A DNA stretch of 64,000 bases, taken from positions 7,341 through 71,340 of the forward strand of contig JAUQWM010000050.1 in the NCBI GenBank assembly GCA_030835125.1. The letters are read 5' to 3'. The notes below the pieces were generated by a model. That model was not told the DNA's origin and ran no database searches. It worked only from the letters and a program-made list of their open reading frames with translations. The translations under genes and the position numbers were made by a program. Positions within the stretch are counted from its first letter, which is position 1. Every line of letters begins with the position of its first letter. This document shows positions 1 to 9,584 of this stretch, one piece after another. Source of the stretch: Gemmatimonadaceae bacterium (lineage in GTDB: Bacteria; Gemmatimonadota; Gemmatimonadetes; Gemmatimonadales; Gemmatimonadaceae).

Positions 1-1328
1 AATGGCTCCACGCGATGGGAATGCGGTGGTTTCCCGTGGTCGGGTGGGCCGAGCGTGGCAGGAATTCGGTCCCGCGCTTTCACGTGACCTGGGGGACGGG
101 ACCCGCCGTTCTTGCGCCATTCGTCAGGCGGGCGCGGAAGGCCGAGGCAGTCGGACGGCTGACATTCCGGTTTCGGCACCGCGCGGATGCGTTGATCGAG
201 GAGGGCGGCACCGTGGCCGGAGTCCGTGGCGTCGTGCTCGCCCCGAGCCGCGTCGAGCGAGGCGCCAACAGCCCTCGCACCGAGGTCGGCAGCTTCGAGC
301 TGCGCGCGTCCGCCGTGGTGGTGGCCTCGGGCGGGATCGGCGGGAACCAGGAACTCGTCAGGCGGCACTGGCCGTCGTCGCTGGGCGCGGCGCCCGCGTC
401 GATGACGTGCGGCGTCCCGGCGTCGACCGACGGACGTGCGCAGGAAATGGTGGCACGAGTGGGCGGGCGGGTGATCAACCAGGACCGCATGTGGCATTAC
501 GTCGAGGGCGTGGCCAACTGGGCTCCGGTCTGGCACAACCACGGCATCCGGATCCTGCCGGGGCCTTCCTCGTTATGGCTAGACGCCACCGGGACGCGCC
601 TCCCTGCCCCGCTCTTCCCCGGCTTCGACAGCCTCGAGACACTCCGGCACCTGCGGCGGACGGGATTCGACTACTCGTGGTTCATCCTGAACCAGCACAT
701 CATCCGGAAGGAGTTCGCGCTCTCGGGGTCGGAACAGAACCCGGACCTCACCGGGAAGAGCATCCGGCTGGTGCTCGGTCGCGCCTTCGGCCGACGGGCG
801 ATGGCGCCGGTGGAGCGGTTCAAGGAACACGGCGCGGACTTCGTCGTGCGGCGCACGCTCCCTGAACTTGTGGACGCGATGAATGCGCTCCCCGGAACCA
901 GCCTGCTGGACTACGATGCCGTCGAGCGCGTGGTCCGTTCATACGACGAACAGCTCAGGAGGCCTGACGCGACCGATGCGCAGGTCCTGGCGATCCGCGA
1001 GGCACGGCAGGGCTACCTGGGGGACCGGCTGGTGAGGGTCGCAAGTCCGAAGGCGATCCTCGATCCGGCCGCAGGCCCGCTGGTCGCGGTGAAGCTCCAC
1101 GTGCTCACGCGGAAGTCGCTCGGCGGATGCGAGACGGATCTCGACGGCCGGGTGCTGTCCGCGGATGGTGCGGCGATCCCCGGGTTGTACGCGGCGGGTG
1201 AAGCGGCCGGGTTCGGGGGCGGTGGCGTCCATGGCTACCGTTCCCTCGAGGGGACCTTCCTCGGCGGGTGCCTCTACTCCGGGCGCACGGCCGGCCGGGC
1301 GGCGGCACTCGGGCTTGACGGAGGGTGA
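1..1328 (+). CDS. FAD-binding dehydrogenase (COG3573-like flavoprotein), 5'-truncated by the window edge
   Basis: ORF 15..1328 stays open to the window start in the same frame. The C-terminal motif PGLYAAGEAAGFGGGGVHGYRSLEGTFLGGCLYSGRTAG is typical of FAD-dependent dehydrogenase / fumarate-reductase-like flavoproteins. The N-terminal GxGxxG dinucleotide motif is absent, so the start lies upstream of the window. Confidence 0.7.
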   Translation, partial: WLHAMGMRWFPVVGWAERGRNSVPRFHVTWGTGPAVLAPFVRRARKAEAVGRLTFRFRHRADALIEEGGTVAGVRGVVLAPSRVERGANSPRTEVGSFELRASAVVVASGGIGGNQELVRRHWPSSLGAAPASMTCGVPASTDGRAQEMVARVGGRVINQDRMWHYVEGVANWAPVWHNHGIRILPGPSSLWLDATGTRLPAPLFPGFDSLETLRHLRRTGFDYSWFILNQHIIRKEFALSGSEQNPDLTGKSIRLVLGRAFGRRAMAPVERFKEHGADFVVRRTLPELVDAMNALPGTSLLDYDAVERVVRSYDEQLRRPDATDAQVLAIREARQGYLGDRLVRVASPKAILDPAAGPLVAVKLHVLTRKSLGGCETDLDGRVLSADGAAIPGLYAAGEAAGFGGGGVHGYRSLEGTFLGGCLYSGRTAGRAAALGLDGG

Positions 1329-2404
1329 ACCCCCGCCTGGACTGCAGGCAGCTCGAACAGCAGGCGCTGTAGTCGATGCCGGCACTCCGAGCGAAGTCGG
1401 TCGAACGTTTCGCTCGCCGTCGATGTTGCCGGACAGGCGGCCACCGCGCGCACGACATACGCCGCCTGGTCGACGGTACCCGGTGGAATCTCGACGTAGC
1501 GGTCCGCGAGGTTACTCATCCGGAGCAGGTGCGCCTTCTTGAGGTCGTGACAGGTGTCGAGGAAGGCGCCCTGCTTGCCTACGCAGCGGAGGTCGCGACC
1601 CAGGTTGAGGGTGTTGATCGCGAGGTGATAGATGTCCGTGACGATGAAGCGTGTTTCCCTGATCACGCGGAGCGCGCGCGCATAGCGAAAGTCGCACCAG
1701 CGCGGCTTGTGCCGCTGGAGCAGCCAGCGGATCGGGACCGCCCGGTATCCCGTGACCCGTGCGATGGTCCGTGCCACGTTCCGGCCCTCGGACTCACTGA
1801 ACGTACGCCCGAACGCGTAGCCGAAACTCTGGTCGCCGGTCGGGGTGCTCGCCGTTCCGTCGAGGAGAGAGGCGCAGTCGAACCCCGGCACCACGTTGGT
1901 CAAACCGAGGGCCTGCAATTCGGCCACGGACCCCGGGTCACGCGGCACGATGGCGTCGAAGCGAGCCAGCAGTCCCGCGTATTCCGACAGGGACGCGGAG
2001 TCGTGCAGGGACGACCGTGCCCCGAGGAAGCAGGTCCCGACGGAGAACACGCGCTGCCCGGCAACGCGGGGCCGGTCCATCTGCAGGCACGTCTGTTTCC
2101 ATCGACGCACCCCTTCGCGCAACGACGTCCGGTGCTTGCGGGCGTGGCGGCGACCGAAGTTCTGCTGCCCCCACATTGGATTCTGCTGGAAATCGCCCCA
2201 GTAGATCACGGTGTGGTACCGATCGAGGTCGGCCGGGGAGTCCACGATCCGGTAGCGCAGGCGGCCAATGCGGGCATGCCCGGTGAACTTGATCAGCTCG
2301 AACTGACGGCCGCTCGCCCCGAAGAACTGCTCGGCAGCCATGTCCACCGAGTACATGCCCAGGTTCCGCCTCCCGGGATTGTGAGCGCAGACGACGCCGA
2401 TCAT
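1274..2404 (-). CDS. Hypothetical protein, possibly polysaccharide pyruvyl transferase-like
   Basis: A 376-aa ORF. It shows a loose pyruvyl-transferase pattern: N-terminal NLG..S.D, then VPRDPGSVAELQALGL, then RFIVTDIYHLAINTLNLG. Its 3' end overlaps the convergent flavoprotein gene by 55 nt. The family call is weak. Confidence 0.4.
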   Translation of the reverse strand: MIGVVCAHNPGRRNLGMYSVDMAAEQFFGASGRQFELIKFTGHARIGRLRYRIVDSPADLDRYHTVIYWGDFQQNPMWGQQNFGRRHARKHRTSLREGVRRWKQTCLQMDRPRVAGQRVFSVGTCFLGARSSLHDSASLSEYAGLLARFDAIVPRDPGSVAELQALGLTNVVPGFDCASLLDGTASTPTGDQSFGYAFGRTFSESEGRNVARTIARVTGYRAVPIRWLLQRHKPRWCDFRYARALRVIRETRFIVTDIYHLAINTLNLGRDLRCVGKQGAFLDTCHDLKKAHLLRMSNLADRYVEIPPGTVDQAAYVVRAVAACPATSTASETFDRLRSECRHRLQRLLFELPAVQAGVHPPSSPSAAARPAVRPE

Positions 2405-2617
2405 GTGGGCTCACCGTGGGCGGCGCGCCACCCGGCGCCGCCGGTCACCGCAGGCAGGAGACGTCTCGGCGATGATGCAGGATCGATACGCATGGGGCCG
2501 CTGTTGCGCTCCGGTGGACCTGGGAGCGGGTACGTTCGCGGCTCCCGCCGTGCGCCACAAGGCAACGGTTGCATCGAGGTGACCGGGCCGGCGCGCACGA
2601 CCTCCCGCCGGCCGGCA

Positions 2618-5551
2618 TCAGCGACTGGCCGTCTGCGCGTGCCGGAGGAGCCAGCTTCGCGCCACCTCGCGTCGCGCGTGGAAGGCTGGATCCGCGCGTT
2701 CCCACGCCCGTGCGACGGCACGATAGTGGACCGACGCGCTGTCTTGCTGTCCAGCCTGGTCGAACGCTTGCGCCAACAGCTCGTGCAACTCGGTGCGCGT
2801 GATCCAGAAATTGGGGCCGTCGACCTCGCCGCGAAGCGCGGGTTGAAGCGCGGCGACCGCTTCCCGAGGCCGCCGCTGCCGCAGCAGCACTTTCGCCAGC
2901 TCAGCGTTCACGCGCGTGTAGCCTAACGTCCAGGAGTGGACGGCGGCGTGGTACTCGCGGATCGCATCGTCGTCCCGGCCGGCGGCGGCGTGCACCAGGC
3001 CGCGCAGGAAATGATGCATCCTGCGATCTCGCCCATAGGCGCTGCGCTCGCCCCAGTACTGTACCGTATCCGCCATGCGTCGGACCGATACGGTGTCGCT
3101 CATCGCTGCCTGGGCCGTCCCGAGCAGGGCGCCGTACCAGGCCAGCGTCCGTGCCTTGATGCTCGGAAACCGCGGTGTCGTGTCGACGCGGACCTGGTGC
3201 ATCGCACGCTCATAGATGGCGGCCATGATGCGCGGCTCACCCGCCGACAACGCAATCGCCGCCTCGGTGACTTCTTCGCGCTGCAGCGGGGACGCCGGGG
3301 CCGGTAACCCAGGCAGCTGTCCCGTTCGTGCAAGGCGGCGCGTCTCCGCGAGCCGGCCCTGATTGCGAAGCGCAAGCATCACCAGCCACCGCGCGTAACT
3401 GACGTCCTCCGGGTTCGCCGACGCCCACAGCGGGCGAACGTCCTTCTCCACGTCGTCGAATCGCTCGAAGACAAGGTCGAAACGGGCATCTATGGCAGGC
3501 ATGCTCCCGACCAGGCTCAGTTCCCGGTGCCGGTAGTACGCCGCCACCGCCTGCCTGTCGCGGCCCGACCTCGCCGCGGTGTACGCAAGCAGGGACCACG
3601 GTGTGGCGTTGCCGGGGCGCAGCCGGGCAAATCGCTGTGCGACGCGATCCACCGCCGGGAGCGAGTCCCACCACTGATAGACTTGAGCGATATTCGACAG
3701 GTCGTCGCAGACGTAACACGTTCCCTTGCCTATCGGCTCGGCCGCCGAATCGATGGCCGCGGCGCGGGTGTACGCATCGACGGCCGTCGCCCAGTCGCCC
3801 TGGTTTGCCCGAGCGTGTCCGAGTGCCGCCAGCGCCCGGGGGTCGTCAGGGTACCGGGTCGTGAGGCTTTCAGCGATCGCAGCCGCAGCCGGGTCGAGCA
3901 CCGAATTGAGAATGGACGCGGTGATCGTCAGGCGTTCGCGGTCCGGCGCGCGTCGCGCCAGACGAAGCGCCTGTCGGCGGAATCCGTCCTGCTTGGCGCC
4001 TCCGCCGCTGAGCGAGGCATAGTACGCCGCCATCGCGAACGTCGAGTCCTCGGCCAGCGCCGCCTCCATGAGCCGACGAGCCGCCGCGTGATCGTACTGA
4101 TAGAACGCCCGGAGACCTTCCTCATAGAGCCGGTACGCGATCGGCGATGCCGTCGTCGCCTCGGCGACGGAAGTGCGGGGTGACGGCAACCGCAAGCCGC
4201 GGGCGATCGCCGCGGTGGCGCTGTCAATCAGCGCATACCGATCCCCGGCGGTGACTCGATAGGCACCCTTGAGCAAGCCTGTCTCGAGATCGACCCGACG
4301 CACCTCGAGCGCCAGTCCCCAGTCCGGGCCGAAGAGCAGGCGTCCCTCGAGCAATTCGCTCGCGCCGGCGCGCCGCGCCGCATCGGAGTATCCGTCAGCG
4401 AGCGTGTCCTGGCCGGGTCGCATCACGTCAAAGAGCCGCGAGTTGGCAAGTACCGGCAGGCCTTCCACGCGCGCCAGGTTCGTCGCGAGCATGTCCGTGA
4501 GGACGCCGCCAATGCGAAGCGTGTCGGGCACGCCATCTTCCCGAATGAGACCGACCGCAAACGTCGGCAACGACGACGGCAACGCGGCGCGCGGGAACCA
4601 GCGCAGTTGCCAACCGGCCACGGCGACGAGCAGGAGCGCGGCCGCTCCCGCACCGATCCAGGGACCCCACGGACGGCGACGGGAACTCCGCGCTCCGTCC
4701 ACCGCAACCGGGTCGACGTCCGGCTGGAGGTCCGCCGGATTCGTGCCTTGCTGCGGCCCGATCGCCGTACTGCTCCCGGGCTCCTGCCGGGACGGGGCCG
4801 GGACGACGGCGGTCGATGCGGCTGTCGCCCGTACCACGGCTGGCGACGGCATCGCCCGCAATTCCGCCTCGAGCGCGCGAACGCCCGGATCGGGATCCGC
4901 TTCCAGCTCGCGGCGAACGATGCTCTCGTGTCCCCGGGCGAAGGCGAGCGCGTCAGCGCGATCGCCACGGGCGGCCAGCGCCTTGAGGAAGCCTAACGCG
5001 AACCGCCCGCTCACGGGATCCATCACCGTGAGCCGGCGCCACCACTCGACCGCCGCGTCACGATCCCCGGCCTCCTGGGCGGCGCCGGCGAGCGCAAGCA
5101 GCGCCTGAACGGTCGCCGCCTGCAGCCGCGCGCGCTCCTCCTCCACCCAGCGCTCGAATTCCGCGGCACCGGACAGGTAGAACCCGTCGAGGAACGGGCC
5201 GCGCACCAGGGCCACCGCCCGGGCCCGGTCGTTGGCGGCGAGAGCGGCGCGAAAGTCCCCGACATCCGAGCTGATGGCACGAGGATCCAGCGACAGGGCC
5301 GTCGCCGACACGACGACATCCGCCCCGAGCTCGTGCCGCAACTCGTACAGCGCCTGCCGCAGCGATTGCCGCGCCCGGCCTTCATCGGACTCCGGCCAGA
5401 GAACCGTGGCGAGACGCTCACGGGAAATGCCACCCTCGCCCGCGGCGGCGATGCACGCGAGGACAGCAAGCCGGAGTTGCCGCACTCGCGGCGCCGGTTC
5501 TGCTGCGGTGGACTGGAGACCAAGCCCGCCAAACGTGATGAGGCGCAACAT
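2618..5551 (-). CDS. Transmembrane SARP/BTAD-family transcriptional regulator with periplasmic TolB-N-like domain and TPR repeats
   Basis: The start is taken at MLRLITFGGLGL (ORF 2618..5665 trimmed). The N-terminus has a winged-helix plus BTAD signature (ISRERLATVLWPESDEGRARQSLRQALYELRHELG, FERWVEEERARL). One hydrophobic segment follows (WIGAGAAALLLVAVAGW). After it comes an FAVGLIRE...LTDMLATNL domain, then about 500 aa of TPR-like helical repeats. Confidence 0.75.
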   Translation of the reverse strand: MLRLITFGGLGLQSTAAEPAPRVRQLRLAVLACIAAAGEGGISRERLATVLWPESDEGRARQSLRQALYELRHELGADVVVSATALSLDPRAISSDVGDFRAALAANDRARAVALVRGPFLDGFYLSGAAEFERWVEEERARLQAATVQALLALAGAAQEAGDRDAAVEWWRRLTVMDPVSGRFALGFLKALAARGDRADALAFARGHESIVRRELEADPDPGVRALEAELRAMPSPAVVRATAASTAVVPAPSRQEPGSSTAIGPQQGTNPADLQPDVDPVAVDGARSSRRRPWGPWIGAGAAALLLVAVAGWQLRWFPRAALPSSLPTFAVGLIREDGVPDTLRIGGVLTDMLATNLARVEGLPVLANSRLFDVMRPGQDTLADGYSDAARRAGASELLEGRLLFGPDWGLALEVRRVDLETGLLKGAYRVTAGDRYALIDSATAAIARGLRLPSPRTSVAEATTASPIAYRLYEEGLRAFYQYDHAAARRLMEAALAEDSTFAMAAYYASLSGGGAKQDGFRRQALRLARRAPDRERLTITASILNSVLDPAAAAIAESLTTRYPDDPRALAALGHARANQGDWATAVDAYTRAAAIDSAAEPIGKGTCYVCDDLSNIAQVYQWWDSLPAVDRVAQRFARLRPGNATPWSLLAYTAARSGRDRQAVAAYYRHRELSLVGSMPAIDARFDLVFERFDDVEKDVRPLWASANPEDVSYARWLVMLALRNQGRLAETRRLARTGQLPGLPAPASPLQREEVTEAAIALSAGEPRIMAAIYERAMHQVRVDTTPRFPSIKARTLAWYGALLGTAQAAMSDTVSVRRMADTVQYWGERSAYGRDRRMHHFLRGLVHAAAGRDDDAIREYHAAVHSWTLGYTRVNAELAKVLLRQRRPREAVAALQPALRGEVDGPNFWITRTELHELLAQAFDQAGQQDSASVHYRAVARAWERADPAFHARREVARSWLLRHAQTASR

Positions 5552-5734
5552 CTTGACGGTGATCCTGACACACGGGCGCAGCTCTGTCAAATCGCCCGGG
5601 CGGCCGCCCCTGGGCCGGTAGGGACCATCGTCAGCGCAGAATCGTGGCGTTCTTGACGGCTTCATGACGCGCTGATGCCGTACCGCTGACGGTGCGACGT
5701 TAGCATCGGCCCCGTTTCCTCCCCTGGGGCGAGC

Positions 5735-6199
5735 GTGAGTCGTCAGATTCGAACGGGCCTTGTTCTGTCGGTCTTCGCGACGGCCTCTGCCGCGCTCGTC
5801 GGCGCGCAGACCGTCCAGCAGGTCTGGCAGGCCGACATACAGATTCGGACCCTGGAGGTCACCAAGACCAGGACGTCGCTGATGGTCCGCGTCCTCGTGT
5901 ACAGTGACAACAACGACGAGGCAAAGGACTCCCGGCTCCTCGTGCTGTTGCCGGTGGGGGCGGGCCTCGAACGGATTCCGCCGGGCTGCGCGGCGAGTGC
6001 CGGCCCGTCGATGGTGCCGTCACTGCGCGCCATGGTGCAGTGCGAACTGGGCGCGATCCCCGTCCGCGGGTTCCGCGAAGTGTTGCTGAGCACGACGCTG
6101 CCACCCGACGGCATGCCGAAGCGTTTCGGCGTCTTCGCCTATAGTGGCACGCCGGACCCGACCCCGGCGAACAATTACGCCGAGCGGATCATCCCATGA
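5735..6199 (+). CDS. Secreted protein with Ig-like (CARDB/DUF11-like) domain
   Basis: GTG start. Signal peptide MSRQIRTGLVLSVFATASAALVGAQT. A beta-rich pattern ends in TPDPTPANNYAE, as in CARDB/DUF11 domains. The stop overlaps the start of the next gene by 4 nt. Confidence 0.55.
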   Translation: MSRQIRTGLVLSVFATASAALVGAQTVQQVWQADIQIRTLEVTKTRTSLMVRVLVYSDNNDEAKDSRLLVLLPVGAGLERIPPGCAASAGPSMVPSLRAMVQCELGAIPVRGFREVLLSTTLPPDGMPKRFGVFAYSGTPDPTPANNYAERIIP

Positions 6200-7218
6200 G
6201 GCATGCGCGCCGGGTTCCCATCGGGTGGGCGGCAACGGCCCTCCTCGTCGCGGCGACTCACCTGACGGCGCAGGCTCCGCCCGCGCCGACGCTCAAGCTG
6301 CGCATTGCGGTCATGGACCTGAACGGCGTCGCGCTCAGGATGCAGACCGCGATGGCGCCGATGGGCGCATCCGGCATGGCGCCGCCCGGCATGCAGTCGA
6401 CGACGACCATCGCCATCCCGCCGCCGGCCGAGTTCGCGCGGTCACTGACCGAGGCGCTCACGACGTCGCTCGTGGCCACGAACCGCTTCATGGTCCTCGA
6501 GCGCGCCGCGCTCGCCGCCGTGCAGCAGGAACAGGATCTCGGCGCCGGTGGCCGCGTGAACAAGGAAACGGCGCCCGACATCGGGCGGATCGTCGGGGCC
6601 CAGGTGTTGATCACGGGGGACATCACCGGGTTCACCCACAGCAAGTCGTCGGTCGGTGGGCAGATCACGAACCTCATCAAGGGCGTGAACGCCTCGGTCG
6701 AGCGCGTCTCGGCGGCCGTGACCATCGACATCCGGGTCATCGATGCCGTGACCGGCGAGGTGATCGCGTCGGTCAAGGGCGACGGCCAGGCAGCCCAGAA
6801 CGGCGTGGCCACCGATCTCACCAGGGAGGAGCGGGGCTACTCGGGCTCGGTGGAGCTGACGACGCCGTTAGGCCATGCGTCGCGCATGGCGCTCCAGAAG
6901 GCGGTCGCCGGGATCGTCGCGGGCATGCCGAAGGTGAGGTGGAGCGCTCGGGTGATCGACTATCGCGACGGCGTGCTCTATGTGAACGCCGGAGCGGCGC
7001 ACGGCATCCAGCCCGGCATCGCCCTGGAGGTCTTCGATCCACAGCCGGCGCTCATCGATCCGGTGAGCGGCGTGAACCTCGGCACGCCGGACAAGCTGAT
7101 GGGCGAAGTGGTGATCGACCGGGTCGATGTGCAGTACTCGACGGCGAAGGTGGTGAGCGGGACGGACTTCAAGCGCAGCCAGGTCGTTCGGCTCAAGGGC
7201 GAGGGGTCACGGCCATGA
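6196..7218 (+). CDS. CsgG/HfaB-family periplasmic/outer-membrane channel-like protein (no lipobox) with C-terminal beta-domain
   Basis: Signal peptide, then LRIAVMDLNG...FARSLTEALTTSLVATNRFMVLERAALAAVQQEQDL...IGRIVGAQVLITGDITGF, the hallmark CsgG-family core. There is no Cys after the signal peptide. The C-terminal RVIDYRDGVLYVNAG...VVIDRV segment is a FlgT_C/SH3-like extension. Confidence 0.75.
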   Translation: MRHARRVPIGWAATALLVAATHLTAQAPPAPTLKLRIAVMDLNGVALRMQTAMAPMGASGMAPPGMQSTTTIAIPPPAEFARSLTEALTTSLVATNRFMVLERAALAAVQQEQDLGAGGRVNKETAPDIGRIVGAQVLITGDITGFTHSKSSVGGQITNLIKGVNASVERVSAAVTIDIRVIDAVTGEVIASVKGDGQAAQNGVATDLTREERGYSGSVELTTPLGHASRMALQKAVAGIVAGMPKVRWSARVIDYRDGVLYVNAGAAHGIQPGIALEVFDPQPALIDPVSGVNLGTPDKLMGEVVIDRVDVQYSTAKVVSGTDFKRSQVVRLKGEGSRP

Positions 7219-8405
7219 CGGGCGCTCGACTCCGTCGCGAGCCGCGATCTCGCGCGCCTCACGACGTCGTCTTGAGGATACCCGCGGCTCGCCATGCCGG
7301 GTACCGGACTTTCGCTGCTGCGTGGGCGATCGTCGTGGGAGTGGGGCTCGTGTTCGGGTCGGTAACCGTCGGCGCACAAGCCCGCGGTCGAGGTGAGCTT
7401 CCAAGAACCGCGAATACAACGCCAGCCGCCGCGCCGAACAATGTGCGCGCGATCGTCACGAGCCCAACGTCGGTTGCGGTGTCCTGGGACGCGGTCGCTG
7501 GAGCGCGAGGCTACATGGTGGAACGCCGACGCGCTGACAACCCTGCCTGTTGCCTGGCGCAGAGCGGTCCCATGCTGGCAACCGGTTGGCAGGACGGCGC
7601 GCTGCAGTCTGGAGCGGAGTACGACTACACGGTGACCGTTCTGCACGCGGACGGACGCGCCGGAAGCACACAGGTCATGGTGGAAACGCCCCTGCCGGTG
7701 CCTCCGACGCTCCCGATGCCGCGTGGCGCCCAGCTGGCGTCAGCGGACGGCGTGCTGCGTCTCACGCCGTGTGCGCAACGGACGACGGGCGGACCCGCCA
7801 CCACCGCGGCACGCAGCACCATCATCTCCCCCGGCTGGGTCGCCATCGAATGGGACGCCCTCGCCCCGGCCACCCACTGGGTCGTTGAACGCCAGCTTCC
7901 AACGGGCGCATGGAAGCTCATTGGTTCTACCTGTGGTGGACCAATGCCGGTATCGGCCCCGTTCACAGGGAGAACCGGCACGTCGAGCCAGGGCATTCGC
8001 GACGCCACTGGTGGGCTCGGGCCGCCCGGAACGCAGCATCTCTATCGCGTGACGGCAGTCGGCCCATCTGGTGAAGTCGGCTGGTATACGCACCGTGAGC
8101 ACGTCCCGTGTGTCTCCGGCCCTCAACTGTTCGCCACAGTCAGTGGGAGTACGGTGACGCTGACGTGGTCGAGTGGCAGCCTCAGTGTGTGCGGCATGCC
8201 TTCCGCCGTGACCGTCGAGCGCACGCCGAGATACTACACCGTCACGTCGTCATACGGCTACGTCAAGACCAGGTATGCGAGCACCTGGAGCAAGGAGCCG
8301 GTCTTCGGCGTCCCGTTAGGCACGCACACCTTCAGCATCGTCGGCGAGTACCCGCCCGACGGCAGAACGACCACGCGCTCGGTGACCGTCACCGTGGCCT
8401 ACTGA
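7215..8405 (+). CDS. Secreted/anchored protein with about three FN3-like modules
   Basis: ATG at 7215 overlaps the csgG-like stop (ATGA). Hydrophobic signal/anchor AAWAIVVGVGLVFGSVTVGAQA. FN3-like signatures recur (NVRAIVTSPTSVAVSWDAVAGARGYMVERR; GWVAIEWDALAPATHWVVERQ; VSGSTVTLTWSS). The 5' part of track ORF 6144..8405 was rejected as an out-of-frame overlap with the csgG-like gene. Confidence 0.6.
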   Translation: MTGARLRREPRSRAPHDVVLRIPAARHAGYRTFAAAWAIVVGVGLVFGSVTVGAQARGRGELPRTANTTPAAAPNNVRAIVTSPTSVAVSWDAVAGARGYMVERRRADNPACCLAQSGPMLATGWQDGALQSGAEYDYTVTVLHADGRAGSTQVMVETPLPVPPTLPMPRGAQLASADGVLRLTPCAQRTTGGPATTAARSTIISPGWVAIEWDALAPATHWVVERQLPTGAWKLIGSTCGGPMPVSAPFTGRTGTSSQGIRDATGGLGPPGTQHLYRVTAVGPSGEVGWYTHREHVPCVSGPQLFATVSGSTVTLTWSSGSLSVCGMPSAVTVERTPRYYTVTSSYGYVKTRYASTWSKEPVFGVPLGTHTFSIVGEYPPDGRTTTRSVTVTVAY

Positions 8406-8443
8406 GCACCAACCTTACCGTCACAACTCGCAGGGTATCCGCC

Positions 8444-9466
8444 ATGCACCGCATCCGCACGCTGATCACCACTGTCGTCACGGCCGTCGGGCCGGCGGTC
8501 GGCGCCCAGGAGCTGAGATCGTCCGCTCCACCGCCCGCGTCCGTTCAGGCGGTCACGACGGGCGCCACCGCGGTCCGTGTGAGCTGGACGCAGTCGCGTC
8601 TCGTCCGCGCCTACGTGGTCGCGCGGTTCCGACAGCCGAACCTGACGACGGCTGAACTCACGAGCAGCCCGGTGGTCGGGTCGGCCTGGGATGACGCCGG
8701 CCTGGCCGCCGGTCAGTCCTACGTCTACCGGGTCGCCGCGCAGTACGCGGATGGCCGGATCGGCGTCGCCGAGGTCAGCGTCACCGTGCCGGCGCCGCCA
8801 GCCAGGGTCGGGACGCCGACCCGGGCGCCTGCACCGCGTCTGTCCCCGGCGCCGCCACCGGCCTGGGCCCCCTTTAGACAGGTCTCTCGCTCGATCTGGC
8901 CGGAACTGCGGTTCGAGCTCCCGCCTGGCGCCGCGAGCATCCGTATCCAACGCCAGCAGCCCGGCCAGGCAGCGCCTCAATTGCTGACGCCTGACGCGAT
9001 TCCTGTCGCGTCGTTGAAGACCGACGGGAGTGCCGGGGGGGGCATGCGTGTGTACACGTGGCGAGACCAGGCATTGCAGGCGCCGGGGACGGCTTCCTAT
9101 CAGGTGACCGTGGATCTCGATGACGGACGCCAGGGGACGTCGCCGTGGGCGCCGTATACACCGGATTTGCGCGAGGCGCACTCGATCACGGTGACCAGGA
9201 CCGATGCCTACACGGTGCGCGTGGAGTTCTTTCACGTCGTTGACCACGAACCCAGGACCTTCAGGCTGGTGCGCCCAGGCATCCCGCTCGCCGCGAGTCC
9301 CCAGGCCACGTCGGCGACGAAGATGCTGCCCGATGGCACGTACAACATCGTCTGGAGCGTCACGGTCGGGAGTCTGAGCCCTGGCACGTACACCTGGCTC
9401 CTCAAGGCCGAGTACGAACCCGGGGTGTTCTCGAACGGCGTTCCGGTATCGGTCACGATGCCGTGA
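8444..9466 (+). CDS. Secreted protein with FN3-like modules
   Basis: The internal ATG of ORF 8108..9466 gives the signal peptide MHRIRTLITTVVTAVGPAVGAQE. FN3-like signature SVQAVTTGATAVRVSWTQSRLVRAYVVARF...YVYRVAAQYADGR. A proline-rich linker is followed by further beta-rich modules. Confidence 0.6.
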   Translation: MHRIRTLITTVVTAVGPAVGAQELRSSAPPPASVQAVTTGATAVRVSWTQSRLVRAYVVARFRQPNLTTAELTSSPVVGSAWDDAGLAAGQSYVYRVAAQYADGRIGVAEVSVTVPAPPARVGTPTRAPAPRLSPAPPPAWAPFRQVSRSIWPELRFELPPGAASIRIQRQQPGQAAPQLLTPDAIPVASLKTDGSAGGGMRVYTWRDQALQAPGTASYQVTVDLDDGRQGTSPWAPYTPDLREAHSITVTRTDAYTVRVEFFHVVDHEPRTFRLVRPGIPLAASPQATSATKMLPDGTYNIVWSVTVGSLSPGTYTWLLKAEYEPGVFSNGVPVSVTMP

Positions 9467-9584
9467 CAGGTCACGGATCGGCTGATGCTCACTGACGATC
9501 CACGTATCGCCGGAGTCAGGGCGTGCGGCTGAACGAACGGCGAAGACAATCGAGCATTCGGGCGCGAGGCGCCAAGGAGAAACG

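Noticed and set aside
1274-1328. The 55-nt convergent overlap of the flavoprotein gene and the putative pyruvyl-transferase gene, as a possible antisense regulatory arrangement.
   Set aside because: It is more likely that the low-complexity C-terminal tail of the minus-strand ORF (..PPSSPSAAARPAVRPE) is a GC-driven extension. There is no independent evidence.
5552-5665. The longer N-terminus of the SARP regulator (track start at 5665).
   Set aside because: The 38 extra residues (MKPSRTPRFCADDGPYRPRGG...) precede the conserved start of the wHTH domain (MLRLITFGGL) and would shorten the divergent promoter region. This cannot be excluded without conservation data.
6144-7214. The N-terminal 357 codons of track ORF 6144..8405.
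   Set aside because: This part overlaps the CsgG-family gene in another frame, and its translation is Arg/Gly/Asp/His low-complexity. A proper start with a signal/anchor peptide exists at 7215, coupled to the csgG-like stop.
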